32,000 nucleotides of DNA from Xylella taiwanensis (GTDB lineage Bacteria; Pseudomonadota; Gammaproteobacteria; Xanthomonadales; Xanthomonadaceae), in assembly GCF_013177435.1 (NCBI RefSeq), contig NZ_CP053627.1:120001-152000 (forward strand). The letters are read 5' to 3'. The position numbers and the translations under genes were made by a program. Numbering within the stretch: position 1 is the first letter of the stretch; every line of letters starts with the position of its first letter. This document shows, piece after piece, positions 1 through 11,695 of the stretch. The notes beneath the pieces were generated by a model. It made no database searches and had not been told where the DNA came from. It saw only the letters and a list, made by a program, of their open reading frames with translations.

Positions 1-2893
1 ATACGGGTAATAGTGTGGCGGCAAATTAGATCTTGGGGTTCAACACGATTGCGTATGGGGTTGTTGTGAGGCGAATACTCGGCTATCGCTTCCGAGTGTT
101 TCTCGCAGCAGGTGAGTCATGTTCGAGCAGAAGTTTCCTTGTGGTGTTCCTTGCCTTATTTAACGCAAATCAGTCACTGCAGCATGAGCTCTTCTTATGC
201 AGGCGATCAGACGCGATGCTAAGTGTTGGATAGCGGTGTTGACTTCAATATAGCGACTCTCCAACCATTAAAAGCGAGTCCGACCTTGAGTGATGTCAGT
301 GGACGATACATCGGCCGTTAGTGAGGTATAGAACCTGTTACACCATCAAAAAGCATTTTTCGGTTCTTTGGTTGCTTCGATAAGCGTGACGTGATGTTCA
401 CTGCTCCGCCATGTATGGACCATCGGGATGCCTAAGGTCATATTGTGACGTTCTAGATCATGCTTATCAGCTTTGCTTATTTACTTTGTGAAACAACAGT
501 GTGTATTACTCAACGAGTGCATGATTGAATCATCCATGTGCACTCGCTACACCTTTTAAGCTAATCCATGGGTCAGGATTGAATTAGTGTGTATTACAAG
601 TCATTCATTCGATCATCACGCAAACACTCTAATACACCGTTGCGTTAAAACAGTGGAATTTAAGCGATCAAAATGATTACAAGCAGTTGAGTCTGGCTCA
701 TAACGCGGAAAATGCCGAGCTCGAAAGTCGGGTTGACTACTCAAATTGGTAACAAAAAGAGTGATGAGCACACCGACGAGATGGACAAATAAATGGTCAA
801 ATCACTGCGACAGGATAAGGCAGGCAGGATCGTCATTCCTTCAATCCAACGTGACCAAGTACAGACTAACCATGACCGTATGTTGCACTAGGTTGAAATG
901 CAGACAGTGTGTACACAACATTGCCCAGAGGCATTGGGTCTGAGGATCATTGTGTGGAGTGATGCTGTCTTGTGTGCCTATGTCGTCATCGTGGTGCTGT
1001 AACCACCGTGTATTGATCTGCTCACCAGGGGATGACTAGGGTCTATTCTGCTGGGATGTGTCCACATAAATGCTGCAGTGCATAGACGACCAACGCCATG
1101 AAGCAATCCAGCTTGAGCCTCAAGACAGTGACGCACTAGCACATACTCGCTAGTGGAATGGGATGGTAAGCATGCTGCCGCGATCAGATCTGACAGCATT
1201 GCTATCGCCGGTTTTATCCGGGGCCAAGTTTCCTTGAGGTTATCCTTTAGGCGATGCTGCTTATCCATTTCATGCAACAGTGGTCAACCACCGGGTCAGG
1301 ATTAAAAGTAGTACATAACATTGTGGGGCTATTTCCCCATGACGATGTTCTGGGAGGTGGGCATGCGTGCTTTAAAGACGCAGCATATTGCTGTATCACA
1401 TGCTGGCGCGCGACAGGCAGGCTCGGCACCTTCTGGAAACCGTGAATGTATTCCTGCCGAGCAGGGCGTGGCCACTCAAGAGTGGTACGGCAGTGGGTGC
1501 CGACGGTTGATCAGTGCATCTCGTCAGATCAGGGAAGCCAGTAGCCAATACGCTCCGGACATCGCCCCCCGATCCAGCAAAGTCAGCAATGCAGCTTAGG
1601 TATGCAAGTGCATGTCGGCTTAAACAGCGACTTCGGGTGATTCCATGCAGTACATGGCACCAGCAGCAACATGAACGACGTGCTTAAAGCCAACACACCG
1701 CCGTTGGGCATGAAGGAAACTCAAGCCTAGATCGATGCCTGACGCCACAGGTCCACCAAGCGATTCGATATTAGGGCGTTGCGATCCAGTCGGACAGACA
1801 CTGGCTCATTCCGCCAAAGTCCAGCGACTCGATGACCTGCTGCGTTACTTTGAGCGCATTAGGCTCGGATCACTGGCTAAGGTGCAGTCTTTAGTTTTGG
1901 GAGCTGAAGTGTCCATTCAGACACGTCTAAGGCGTATGACTGGTTTGTGGTGAAGTACACAATACGACTGCACACGCTGTGTGCGCTGCTTCAGCTGCGA
2001 TGGGTGGGAAGCAAACAGTATTCATATGATCATTTTGGTCATGATTTCGATCACTCCTTGATCTGGAGCGTTATCTTGCAAGTGTTTCCAGCAATGGTCC
2101 AAACGTACAGACCAGCGAGGCGAACACGAGATCGTTGCTGGTATTTTTGTCGTTAAACGTGGATCCCTAGGAAAATGCTTGACACGGTTGAACAAGCACC
2201 AATCAAGTGTGCCTACACATAGCAGATGTTCCAGGCTGCTCCTGTAACCGTACCAGCGTGCCCAAAGCGTCCAGAGTCAGACGTCACCTAGGACTCAACT
2301 CAGGCCAGGGAGCGTCCGATCCGTTGTTTGAAGTCCTGGCTGTTGGGCTGATGAGTGATGTGTTCGACTTCCTGCTGGCTTGTTACCGCAAGCGGGATCT
2401 GCTGCCAAACATCGTTTGGCTCATCACTGCTCCTGAAAGATAAGGGACTCATCAAGCACGTTTACCAGACCTTGAATGGTCCCCTGGGTCATATCGTGTT
2501 GGTTATTTGGTTATATAGAGAGTGTCTACGTTATCCGGGCAGCGATTGATGTGCAGCGGCTATTGAAAAGTCTTTAGCGCACTACTGGCGCAGAGAATGC
2601 AGACCATATTCCTCGCTGCCCTGCTGTGGTTAACACATCCTTGCCGATCCAGGCCATCCCAATACACTTTACTCATGAGGGCAATGGCGCGTTCCACGTG
2701 ACTTCGCCAAGGTCCACGTCGTTCGCTATGCTTCGGCATCAGTGAGATAACAGGGTGCTCCAATGCACCCAAACGGATTGCAGCGATGTCATACGCTGTG
2801 GAAAAGTAGGTGGAATCTGGAGAGGAGAGGCCGTTACAATTCCAATCTTACCTCGCCATCCTGGCGACTGGGCAAGAATAGGAAACTAATACT

Positions 2894-3154
2894 ATGGTCA
2901 AGATTCGTCTGACTCGCGGCGGTGCTAATAAGCGCCCTTTCTACCAGATCATCGTTACCGATTCGCGTAACAAGCGCGACGGTCGTAACATCGAGCGTCT
3001 CGGCCACTACAATCCAGTGGCACAAGGTGCAGAATCGCGCGTGGTATTGAATACGGCTCGCGTCGAACATTGGGTCAAAAACGGCGCTCAACTGACGGAT
3101 AAGGTCCGTAACCTGTTGAAGGAAGTTATCAAAGCTCAGGCCACTACGGCCTAA
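2894..3154 (+). CDS. rpsP: 30S ribosomal protein S16 (bS16)
   Basis: 86-aa ORF starting [31 protein letters not shown], the typical S16 N-terminus. First gene of the conserved rpsP-rimM-trmD-rplS cluster. AGGA lies about 9 nt upstream of the ATG. Confidence 0.95.
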   Translation: MVKIRLTRGGANKRPFYQIIVTDSRNKRDGRNIERLGHYNPVAQGAESRVVLNTARVEHWVKNGAQLTDKVRNLLKEVIKAQATTA

Positions 3155-3198
3155 TGAGCTGGGATTGGGTCCCGTGATCCAACCCGGATACCAAATCG

Positions 3199-3711
3199 AT
3201 GAAAGATAACAACCGCCTTATCTTGCTCGGAAGGATCGTAGGCAGTTTCGGCTTGCGTGGCGAAATCAAACTGGAGTCCTGGACTGAACCACGAAATGCA
3301 ATCTTCCGTTACCAGCCGTGGTTACTACGCTCTCCTACAGGTACCGAATCTATGTTGAGCGGTGTGCATGGGTACGAGACTGGCAAGCGTTTGATTGCAA
3401 CCTTTCCCGGCATCAATGATTGCGATGCAGTCGCAGCCATCCGCGGTACCGAAATCTATGTGCCACGCAGCGCCTTGCCCCCCCCGCAGCCCGACGAATA
3501 TTACTGGGTCGACCTGGAAGGGCTGCAAGTGCAAACCATTGAGGGGGTAGCCCTTGGTAGCGTTTCACATCTGTTTTCCACCTGTACCAATGATGTGCTG
3601 GTCGTACACGGCGAGCGCGAGCACTTGGTTCCGTTTATTCAGCCGGATTACGTGAAGTCGGTCGATTTCGGGGCTGAGCGTATCGTTGTCGATTGGGATC
3701 CTGCATTCTGA
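3199..3711 (+). CDS. rimM: 16S rRNA processing protein RimM
   Basis: 170-aa ORF with [16 protein letters not shown] near the N-terminus (RimM signature) and a PRC-barrel-like C-terminus. Conserved position between rpsP and trmD. Confidence 0.9.
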   Translation: MKDNNRLILLGRIVGSFGLRGEIKLESWTEPRNAIFRYQPWLLRSPTGTESMLSGVHGYETGKRLIATFPGINDCDAVAAIRGTEIYVPRSALPPPQPDEYYWVDLEGLQVQTIEGVALGSVSHLFSTCTNDVLVVHGEREHLVPFIQPDYVKSVDFGAERIVVDWDPAF

Positions 3712-3822
3712 TCGAGGATACCTGATGGCGTCTGCGATCAGGCCAACTCCTTCCAGTCTTGCCCCATACGGCTCCACCGCACAGCAGCCTTCATCCAATC
3801 TGGCCTCAGAAATCCTGCTCGC

Positions 3823-4596
3823 ATGCGTATCGACGTTATTAGCTTGTTCCCCGAATTCATTGCGCAGTGCGTTGGCTTCGGTGTGATCGGCAGAGCTCAG
3901 GAACGTGGTTTACTCGATCTACACAACTGGAATCCACGCGACTACGCCCAAGGGAATTACCGCCGTGTCGACGACCGCCCATTTGGTGGTGGTCCAGGTA
4001 TGGTGATGCTGATCGAGCCACTACGCGCCTGCCTTGAAGCGGTGCGTGCAGCGGATCCTCAACCAGCACCGTTGATTTATCTCAGCCCGCAAGGGGTTCT
4101 TTTAAACCAGTCCCGTGTGAGGAAGCTGGCCATGCTGCCACGGATGGTACTGCTATGCGGGCGATACGAAGGCATTGACGAGCGCTTTGTCGCTTACGAA
4201 GTGAACATGGAGCTGTCAATTGGTGACTATGTGTTGTCTGGTGGTGAATTGGGAGCGGCAGTGGTCGTCGACGCAGTCACCCGGTTACAGGAGGGGGCAT
4301 TGAACGACACCGCATCAGCGCAGCAGGACAGCTTTGCAGAAGCCGACAGTCTGCTTGATTACCCGCACTACACTCAGCCATCCAATCACGCCTGGGGGAA
4401 TGTGCCGGACGTGCTACGTTCAGGCAACCATGCTGCGATCGCGCGTTGGCGTCGCCAGCAGTCGCTGCTGCGCACTTGGCTGAGGCGACCAGACCTGATG
4501 GATGAAACGAGACTGTCGGAAGCCGATCGCTTACTGCTTGATGAGGTTAAGTGCGCGCATGATGTGGATACGGATGGCAAACGACCGGTCTCCTAG
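3823..4596 (+). CDS. trmD: tRNA (guanine37-N1)-methyltransferase TrmD
   Basis: 257-aa [15 protein letters not shown]...[15 protein letters not shown]...[10 protein letters not shown]...[11 protein letters not shown], matching the TrmD SPOUT-fold motifs. Conserved operon position. Confidence 0.93.
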   Translation: MRIDVISLFPEFIAQCVGFGVIGRAQERGLLDLHNWNPRDYAQGNYRRVDDRPFGGGPGMVMLIEPLRACLEAVRAADPQPAPLIYLSPQGVLLNQSRVRKLAMLPRMVLLCGRYEGIDERFVAYEVNMELSIGDYVLSGGELGAAVVVDAVTRLQEGALNDTASAQQDSFAEADSLLDYPHYTQPSNHAWGNVPDVLRSGNHAAIARWRRQQSLLRTWLRRPDLMDETRLSEADRLLLDEVKCAHDVDTDGKRPVS

Positions 4597-4771
4597 TGTG
4601 GAACCTGGCGAGTATGCTAGGATCCGGCTCCTTTACGCAGATCACCGGTTTTCATTGGCGATATGCGAGTTGATGTAATCGTGCAGTACAACCCGGTGGT
4701 TGCATCAACCCACACCCGAACCCGTCGTACGTAATGACACGTACACTTAATAAACGTATCTCTGTGCATCC

Positions 4772-5182
4772 ATGAGCAAACTGAATAAGTCCATTGTTGC
4801 AGAATTCGAGTCTGCCCAGATCACCCGCCAATGGCCGCGGTTCAGCCAAGGCGATACTGTCGTTGTCAACGTCAAGGTCAAAGAAGGCAATAGAGAGCGT
4901 CTGCAAGCCTACGAAGGCGTGGTCATTGCTATCAAGAACGCAGGCCTCAACTCCTCTTTTACGGTACGTAAGATCGCGCATGGTTGTGGTGTCGAGCGTG
5001 TGTTCCAGACCCATAGCCCAATCATCGAATCGATAGAAATCAAGCGTCACGGTAAAGTGCGCGCTGCTAAGCTGTACTACTTGCGTGGTTTGGAAGGCAA
5101 GGCTGCCCGCATCAAGGAAGATTTAGCCGCTACCGCACAGGCGAAGTTGGCCCGCCAAACGACAACTGTCAAAGCCGAGTAA
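4772..5182 (+). CDS. rplS: 50S ribosomal protein L19 (bL19)
   Basis: 136-aa ORF with [13 protein letters not shown]...[34 protein letters not shown]...FTVRKI..G.GVERVF, the typical L19 pattern. Last gene of the cluster. Confidence 0.95.
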   Translation: MSKLNKSIVAEFESAQITRQWPRFSQGDTVVVNVKVKEGNRERLQAYEGVVIAIKNAGLNSSFTVRKIAHGCGVERVFQTHSPIIESIEIKRHGKVRAAKLYYLRGLEGKAARIKEDLAATAQAKLARQTTTVKAE

Positions 5183-5203
5183 CCCCCACTGGGGAGACGG
5201 AAG

Positions 5204-5232
5204 TGCAGGTCCCTTTGTTTGCATAACCTGCA
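5204..5232 (+). terminator. Weak hairpin downstream of rplS (possible operon terminator)
   Basis: TGCAGGT (5204-5210) pairs with ACCTGCA (5226-5232) around a 15-nt loop. It is followed by GCCGTTTCTTCT, which is only moderately T-rich. Confidence 0.25.
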
Positions 5233-5751
5233 GCCGTTTCTTCTGCGGAAATTGTTCATTAAGCGATTTAGAGTGATGTCCTTACGAGATTGTCGCTGGA
5301 GAGAATATTGGTTTGTCCAGAGTTCGATATCTTAGCCAGTCTCGCTTCGGCGAACGCCGATTCCCCTCGATTCGGATGAGCTGTGGTCCCCCATCATTTA
5401 TCAAGTGACACTTGAACTGCGGCCACCCACCCGCAGCAAGCATTGTATGAAGATAGGGTGTTTCCTTCGCATTGAAAATGCTGTCACCTCATTGGGCAAC
5501 AGTGCATGGGTGTTGCGGCTCCAGGTATGGCCAGTTTCCATATCGATTGCAATCGCATTGCCTTACAGCGCCAGCGCCGTTCTATGATGCGATGTCTGTT
5601 GTGGTCATTCAATGATAGATGTCCAAGATAAAGGAATTGACTGCGTCGAGCTGGATGGTGCTTGCATCCTGATTGTTTGGAGAGCATCCAATCGTTGTAA
5701 CGAAATAAGCTAGAGAGAACCTTTAGATTTAGGATCGACGATAATCGCGTC

Positions 5752-6528
5752 ATGGCTGTCAACCTGAAAACCAAAGAAGAGATTGAACAGATGCGCATCG
5801 CCGGCCATTTGGCTGCTACGGTGCTTGATGTGGTCGCTCCATATGTGAGGCCAGGTGTGACCACCGCAGAACTGGATCGCATCTGCCACGACTATATCGT
5901 TACTGTGCAGGGTGCTATTCCGGCCAACGTCGGCTATCGCGGCTTTCCTAAGACGGTATGCACTTCGGTCAATAACGTCATTTGCCATGGCATTCCAAGC
6001 GATGCCAAGGTCCTGAAAGATGGCGACATCATCAATATCGACGTCACTGTGATCAAGGACGGTTGGCATGGCGATACTAGTCGCATGTATTACGTCGGTA
6101 CGCCATCGGTGATGGCACGTCGGCTCGTAGAAACCACATACGAGGCAATGTGGCGTGGTATCCGTGCCGTCAAACCTGGCGCCACGCTTGGCGACATTGG
6201 TTACGCAATTCAAACCTATGCCGAAAGCGAGCGCTTTAGCGTAGTACGCGAATACTGTGGTCACGGTATCGGCAAGGTCTACCACGACGAGCCACAGGTG
6301 CTGCATTATGGCCGCCCGGGCGAGGGCCTGATCCTGGAATCAGGGATGACCTTCACGATCGAACCGATGATTAATGAAGGAACCCGCCACCACAAGGTAT
6401 TACCCGATGGTTGGACCGTGGTCACCAAGGACCGCAAGCTGTCAGCGCAGTGGGAACATATGATTGCGGTCACTGAAGACGGCGTGGATGTGTTGACCCT
6501 ATCACCTCACGACATCTGCCGCACGTGA
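5752..6528 (+). CDS. map: Type I methionine aminopeptidase
   Basis: 258-aa ORF with the MetAP metal-ligand context (NIDVTVIKDGWHGDTSRMY, GHGIG, FTIEPM, QWEHMIAVT). Confidence 0.93.
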   Translation: MAVNLKTKEEIEQMRIAGHLAATVLDVVAPYVRPGVTTAELDRICHDYIVTVQGAIPANVGYRGFPKTVCTSVNNVICHGIPSDAKVLKDGDIINIDVTVIKDGWHGDTSRMYYVGTPSVMARRLVETTYEAMWRGIRAVKPGATLGDIGYAIQTYAESERFSVVREYCGHGIGKVYHDEPQVLHYGRPGEGLILESGMTFTIEPMINEGTRHHKVLPDGWTVVTKDRKLSAQWEHMIAVTEDGVDVLTLSPHDICRT

Positions 6529-6567
6529 ACTTCCTGCCGTCCCACGTGCCCACCTCTAGGGCATCGG

Positions 6568-9144
6568 GTGACGCCAACCTGGCGCGCGTCGAGTTGGATC
6601 GATGTGCAGTTATTGTGCCGTTTCGACGAGGGTGACAGCATCGACCATCTACTAGCACGGCGTGTGCGTTGCATGGACCCGTTGATCCAAAGAGCTTGCT
6701 GCTGCTGCGTATCAGACAGCACTGACCTGTCGCTGTACGCGATGGGTGGATATGGCCGTGGCAAGTTGTTGCCGCGCTCAGACATTGATCTGCTGGTACT
6801 CGGTGAGGTTGAAGACCAACACACTCACGCGCAAGCCCTGGTGCGTCTGTTGGCGTTGCTGTGGGACAGTGGCTTTGCACTCAGCCATGCAGTGCGCTCG
6901 CTGGCACAGTGTGCCAGCCAGGCACAAAACCAGACGGTGTTGAACGCACTGATGGAAGCGCGCCCACTGGTCGCCAAACCAGCAACACGTGGTGTGTTCG
7001 CGATGGCCATCGCATCTGCAGGGATATGGCCGGCACATGATTTTTCCCAAGCCAAGTACGATGAGCTCCAGTGAAGGCACCAGCGTTTTGGTCATATCGC
7101 GGACAATTTCGAACCGGATATCAAAGAGGGTTCCGGTGGTCTCCGCGACCTGCAAACTCTAGATGTGGATGGCACTACGCCCGTTTGGTGTGTACAACTT
7201 GGATGCACTGGTTGACTTGGGCCATCTAAGCCGGGATAAGGCCACCACACTATGCCGTCAGAGACGTGAGTTAGCGCGGCTGTGTTATGGCTTACATCTG
7301 GTTGCCAACCATACAGAAGAACGACTGCGTTTCGAGTATCAGAAGGCATTGGCGCAGCGTCTTCACTTTACCGATGCCACGGAATGCCTGAGCGTGGCAA
7401 AGATGACCCAGCGTTGCTATTGCAGTGCATCGACGATACGCCGGATCAGTGATCGGTTGTTGCGACGCTTCGGGGAGCATTACAACGAGGAAACATTACC
7501 TCAGTCGCTAGGTGACAGCTTCTCACGGCATCACAGCGACCTTGCCGTCGATGCTACTGGCTGGCTGCACGCAGACATACTTGAAGTGTTTGTTCTGTTT
7601 GCCTGCTGGGTGACACGTCGTGACGTGTGTGGCCTGCACTCACGGAGCGCACGCGCACTGGCAGAAGTGTTATGGGCACTGCCATCTTATGAGCAAGCCT
7701 CCGCGATTGCCCGCAAACGTTGCATCGCGCTGCTATGCAGCCCACACGCGGTAGAGACACGCAACCACATGGCTGCGCTTGGTATCTTGGGGCAGTGGAT
7801 GCCCGCATTCGTGCAGGTGTTAGGACGCATGCAGTTTGACCTATTCCACGTCGATACCGTGCACCAACACACTTTGATGGCGCTGAAAAACATCGCCCTA
7901 TTTGCCGAAGGATGCAGCAAGGAACGTTTTTCGATCGCACCCGAACCCTGGCCACGGTGCTGCAAACTAAAGTTGCTACTGCTGGTCGGCCTGTTTTATG
8001 ACATTGCCAAAGGACGCGGCGGCAAGCATTCCAAACGAGGCGCCATCGACGCATGTGTGTTCTGCACGGCACATCTGCTTAACGAAAACGATACCAATCT
8101 GGTTGCCTGGCTGGTCGAGCAACACCTATGCATGTCGATCACTGCACAGAAACAAGACATCTCTGATCCAGAGGTGCTTGACCGTTTTGCCATGCAGGTA
8201 GCCATACGCGAGCGTCTGGATGATCTATACCTGCTGAACTGTGCCGACAGCGCTGGCACCAGCCCTAACGTGTGGAACCCCTGGAAGGACCGATGGTTGG
8301 CCGACCTTTACTTTGCCACGCAACGCATGCTGCGCGAGGGCCTGCAACATCAGCCGTCGCAGAACGAGCGTTTGCACGAAGTACGCGCAGCAAGCCGTGA
8401 GTTAATCCATGTCCAAGGCTACGACGCCGCCACGATCGACCATCCTTTCGTCCATATACCGCAGGAGTGCTTCCTAGGCTTCCGACCTGAGCCATTGACC
8501 TGGCATCTAGCCGCGCTGATTGAAGCCACGATTGGCCAAGTCCTCGTCAAGGCCAGCCGTGCCTTGACGAACAACGCAGCACGAGAGGTTTTCGTCTACT
8601 CATCGGACCGCGATGGACTATTCCCCGCTAGCGTCACTACTCTGGATCGTCAAGAGGATGGAATCTACCGCGCACGTGCGCGCGACGCCCCATGTCAAGC
8701 GATTTTTGACACCTTTGAGGTGCTACCGGTTGACAGTTGTGCTGAACGTGATCTCGAATGCCTTGTTCTGGCCCGGCATGAAGTGCTGGCTGGCAACCTG
8801 ACCCAACGACGCCCTTCCCGTCGCGTGATGTCTTACCAACGGCGCCATTTTCGCTTTGCCCCGCAGATATTTTTTAGCAACAGTGCCGACGTTTCCCGTA
8901 CTTGCCTGAATCTGACCATTTCAGAGCGTCCCGGCGTGCGCTTGCCGACATTGCATCCGTCCTGCATGAATATCGGTGACGCGTGCATGATGCACACAGC
9001 GTCATATCCGGTGCACGTGCCGAAGATCAGTTCTTGATGACCGACGAACACGACCGTCCATTGTTCGAAGCTGCCCTGCAGAACCTGCATGATGCACTGC
9101 TGGGCTGCCTCGATCCCACATGTTTAAGTAAGGAGCCTCTATGA
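6568..9144 (+). pseudogene. glnD: PII uridylyltransferase/uridylyl-removing enzyme GlnD, disrupted by 2 in-frame TGA codons and 2 frameshifts
   Basis: GlnD-like sequence runs continuously but over frames 1, 2, then 1. ORF 6568-7074 carries GGYGRGKLLPRSDIDLLVL. TGA at 7072-7074 is followed in the same frame by EPDIKEGSGGLRDLQTL. A +1 shift near 7162-7165 moves the homology into ORF 7163-9037. A second shift near 8935-8942 returns it to frame 1. A second in-frame TGA lies at 8977-8979. The end is at 9142-9144, overlapping the dapD ATG. The HD motif reads FYDIAKGRGGKHS. Confidence 0.8.
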
Positions 9145-10040
9145 CAACCCAGCCCCACTTCAAGGAAACCGCAGCGCAACAGGTGGACAAGAAGACATAC
9201 TCTCATGTCGATGCGGCACTGGTGTGCGCTATCGAGAATGCATTTGCGCGCCACGCTACGCTGACTTCGGAGGAGATCGAAGATTCGATTCGCCCAACCG
9301 TCAACAGGGTGATTGATGGCCTGGAGAGTGGCGCGTTTCGTGTTGCTGAGCCGGATCACCACGGTGGCTGGAAGATCAATGAATGGTTGAAGAAAGCCGT
9401 GTTGCTTTACTTTCGGGTGAATGACACGGTGATGGTCGACGCCCAACCCGCTCCCTTTTGGGACAAAGTTGAGGCGCGCTTCTCTGGCTATGACGCAGCG
9501 AAGTTCCGGGCTGCTGGTGTGCGCGTCGTCCCAGGCGTGATTGCACGACGTGGCGCCTACTTCGGCAAAGATGTCGTGTTGATGCCAAGCTTCACCAACA
9601 TCGGTGCCTATGTTGGTGAAGGCACGATGGTGGATACCTGGGCAACAGTGGGTTCGTGTGCACAGGTCGGTGCGCACTGCCATCTCTCTGGCGGTGCGGG
9701 GATCGGTGGCGTGCTCGAACCATTGCAGGCCAGCCCTGCCATCATTGAAGACCATTGCTTCATCGGTGCCCGTTCGGAAGTGGTGGAGGGTGTGGTGGTG
9801 GGCCATCACAGCGTCATCGGCATGGGTGTGTTTATTAGCCAAAGTACCCGCATCTACAACCGTGCCACCGGGGAAATTAGCTACGGTTACGTGCCGCCGT
9901 ATAGCGTTGTGGTGTCTGGCCAGCTCCCAGCCAAGGATGGGACGCACTCCCTGTACTGTGCGGTGATTGTCAAGCAAGTTGACGAAAAAACACGCGCTAA
10001 GACAAGTATCAACGAGCTGCTGCGCGGCTTAACGGATTGA
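9141..10040 (+). CDS. dapD: 2,3,4,5-tetrahydropyridine-2,6-dicarboxylate N-succinyltransferase
   Basis: 299-aa ORF with hexapeptide-repeat left-handed beta-helix sequence ([40 protein letters not shown]). AAGGAG lies 5 nt upstream of the ATG. It sits in the glnD-dapD arrangement common in gammaproteobacteria. Confidence 0.92.
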   Translation: MTTQPHFKETAAQQVDKKTYSHVDAALVCAIENAFARHATLTSEEIEDSIRPTVNRVIDGLESGAFRVAEPDHHGGWKINEWLKKAVLLYFRVNDTVMVDAQPAPFWDKVEARFSGYDAAKFRAAGVRVVPGVIARRGAYFGKDVVLMPSFTNIGAYVGEGTMVDTWATVGSCAQVGAHCHLSGGAGIGGVLEPLQASPAIIEDHCFIGARSEVVEGVVVGHHSVIGMGVFISQSTRIYNRATGEISYGYVPPYSVVVSGQLPAKDGTHSLYCAVIVKQVDEKTRAKTSINELLRGLTD

Positions 10041-10054
10041 ACGGAACAGTACGT

Positions 10055-10411
10055 ATGACCACACTGTATGGATTGAAAAACTGCGATACCTGCAAGAAGG
10101 CGAATCAATGGTTGGATCGCTTTGGCATCGCTTACGTTTTTGTTGATTACCGTGAAAATATACCGGCACCGGAGACGCTGGTCGCATGGGCAAAAGAGGC
10201 GGGCAGCTTTGAAACACTGATTAACAAATCTTCAACCACGTGGCGTCAGTTACCGAACAATCGCAAAACGCCCGGCAGCGCAGCAGAATGGAAGCTACTG
10301 CTGCGCGAATATCCACAATTGATCCGGCGGCCTGTGGTTCTCACCAGCGACGGTACTTTCAGTCAAGGGTTTAGCGACAACGGATTCAAGAAGCGCTTCG
10401 GGATAGATTGA
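10055..10411 (+). CDS. ArsC/Spx-family protein (YffB-like)
   Basis: 118 aa counted from ATG 10055 (MTTLYGLKNCDTCKKA...), with the CxxC-type N-terminal motif of the ArsC/YffB family. The position between dapD and dapE mirrors yffB-dapE in enterics. The ORF-track start at 10037 is a TTG extension. Confidence 0.8.
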   Translation: MTTLYGLKNCDTCKKANQWLDRFGIAYVFVDYRENIPAPETLVAWAKEAGSFETLINKSSTTWRQLPNNRKTPGSAAEWKLLLREYPQLIRRPVVLTSDGTFSQGFSDNGFKKRFGID

Positions 10412-10561
10412 AGCATGTCTCCATCTGATGCGGTGTGTTGTTTTTTCTTGTAAATACTATGGAAGAATCCTTTTTGAATGCAGTGAAGCTCGGCTAATGC
10501 CCAAACCGAAACGCTAAGTTCAAACCTAAACCATCTGTTCCCGCCCCAACTTCTCATTCTC

Positions 10562-11695
10562 ATGAGCGATGTTCTTGATCTTGCCTGTGATCTGATCTCC
10601 AGACCTTCAGTGACACCAGAGGATGCTGGCTGCCAAGCAATGCTTGCAAAGCGTCTGGAGTGCGCAGGCTTCACCTGTCAACACCTGCGCTACGGTGTGG
10701 TCGACAACCTGTGGGCCACGCATGGACAGGACACACCGGTACTTGTGTTGCTTGGTCACACGGATGTGGTCCCTTCCGGCGCAATGGAAGCATGGACCTC
10801 GGACCCGTTCATGCCACAGGTGCGCGACGGCATCCTATACGGGCGCGGTGCGGCTGACATGAAAGGAAGTGTGGCTGCATTCGTGATTGCCGCCGAGCGT
10901 TTCTTAGCCGCGCATCCCGAGCATCCAGGTACGTTGGCGATATTACTGACCTCTGATGAGGAAGGCGCTGCGCTGGATGGCGTCCGTAAGGTGGCTGAGA
11001 CGTTACGCCAGCGTGGCCAGCGTATCGACTGGTGCCTGACCGGCGAGCCGTCTTCGAATGTGCGCCTGGGTGACCTGCTGCGGGTCGGGCGCCGTGGCAG
11101 TCTATCGGCAATCCTTAAAGTCAAGGGGATACAGGGCCACGTGGCCTATCCCGATAAAGCATGCAACCCTATTCACATCGCCGTACCGGCGCTGGCCGAA
11201 CTGACGGCGCGGCACTGGGATGATGGTTATGCATCCTTCCCACCCACCAGCTTGCAGATGAGCAATATCCATGCTGGTACCGGTGTCAACAACGTTATTC
11301 CTGGCGAACTGGAGGTTGCCTTCAACCTGCGTTACAACCCGCATTGGGATGCCCCGCGGTTGGAGAATGAGATCACCGCATTACTCGATCGACACGGACT
11401 GAACTATACGTTGCGTTGGCATCGCAGCGGTGAACCGTTCTATACCCCGGAAGGGACGTTACGTCACATCGCGCGTGAAATATTAGAGCGCTTTTCCGGC
11501 GCGCCCCCGGAAGAAAGCACGGGTGGCGGCACTTCTGATGCGCGTTTTATTGCACCACTGGGTGCACAATGTATTGAGATCGGACCGGTTAACGCCAGCA
11601 TTCACCAGATTGATGAGCACGTGCGCCTCGCCGACCTGGAGATGCTGCCAGACCTATACCAGGCGTTGATCGAGCGGTTGCTGACTGATCATTGA
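10562..11695 (+). CDS. dapE: Succinyl-diaminopimelate desuccinylase
   Basis: 377-aa M20 peptidase-family ORF with [27 protein letters not shown] and GGGTSDARF motifs. Confidence 0.92.
   Translation: MSDVLDLACDLISRPSVTPEDAGCQAMLAKRLECAGFTCQHLRYGVVDNLWATHGQDTPVLVLLGHTDVVPSGAMEAWTSDPFMPQVRDGILYGRGAADMKGSVAAFVIAAERFLAAHPEHPGTLAILLTSDEEGAALDGVRKVAETLRQRGQRIDWCLTGEPSSNVRLGDLLRVGRRGSLSAILKVKGIQGHVAYPDKACNPIHIAVPALAELTARHWDDGYASFPPTSLQMSNIHAGTGVNNVIPGELEVAFNLRYNPHWDAPRLENEITALLDRHGLNYTLRWHRSGEPFYTPEGTLRHIAREILERFSGAPPEESTGGGTSDARFIAPLGAQCIEIGPVNASIHQIDEHVRLADLEMLPDLYQALIERLLTDH

Noticed and set aside
713-745. GAAAGTCGGG resembling the RNase P RNA conserved GGAAAGTCCGGG element
   Set aside because: Only about 9 nt are similar and there is a deletion. 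None of the other universally conserved RNase P regions is present in the surrounding sequence.
4652-5050. 132-aa ORF on the minus strand
   Set aside because: It is antisense to rplS and its leader, with no motif or ribosome-binding-site support.
5710-6306. 198-aa ORF on the minus strand
   Set aside because: It is antisense to map, so it is a shadow ORF.
7554-8072. 172-aa ORF on the minus strand inside the glnD remnant
   Set aside because: It is antisense to sequence with clear GlnD homology. It is rich in Arg and Cys and of low complexity, so it is a shadow ORF.
7072-8979. Possibility that the two in-frame TGA codons in glnD are recoded (Sec or Trp read-through) rather than lesions
   Set aside because: TGA serves as the genuine stop of several intact genes in this window, including copA, lexA, recA, rimM, map and alaS. 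Two frameshifts and substituted catalytic residues accompany the stops. No SECIS-like context is evident.
9027-9977. 316-aa ORF on the minus strand
   Set aside because: It is entirely antisense to the well-supported dapD CDS and has no recognisable motifs. Its composition is rich in His, Arg and Ala, typical of a shadow ORF opposite a G+C-rich gene.
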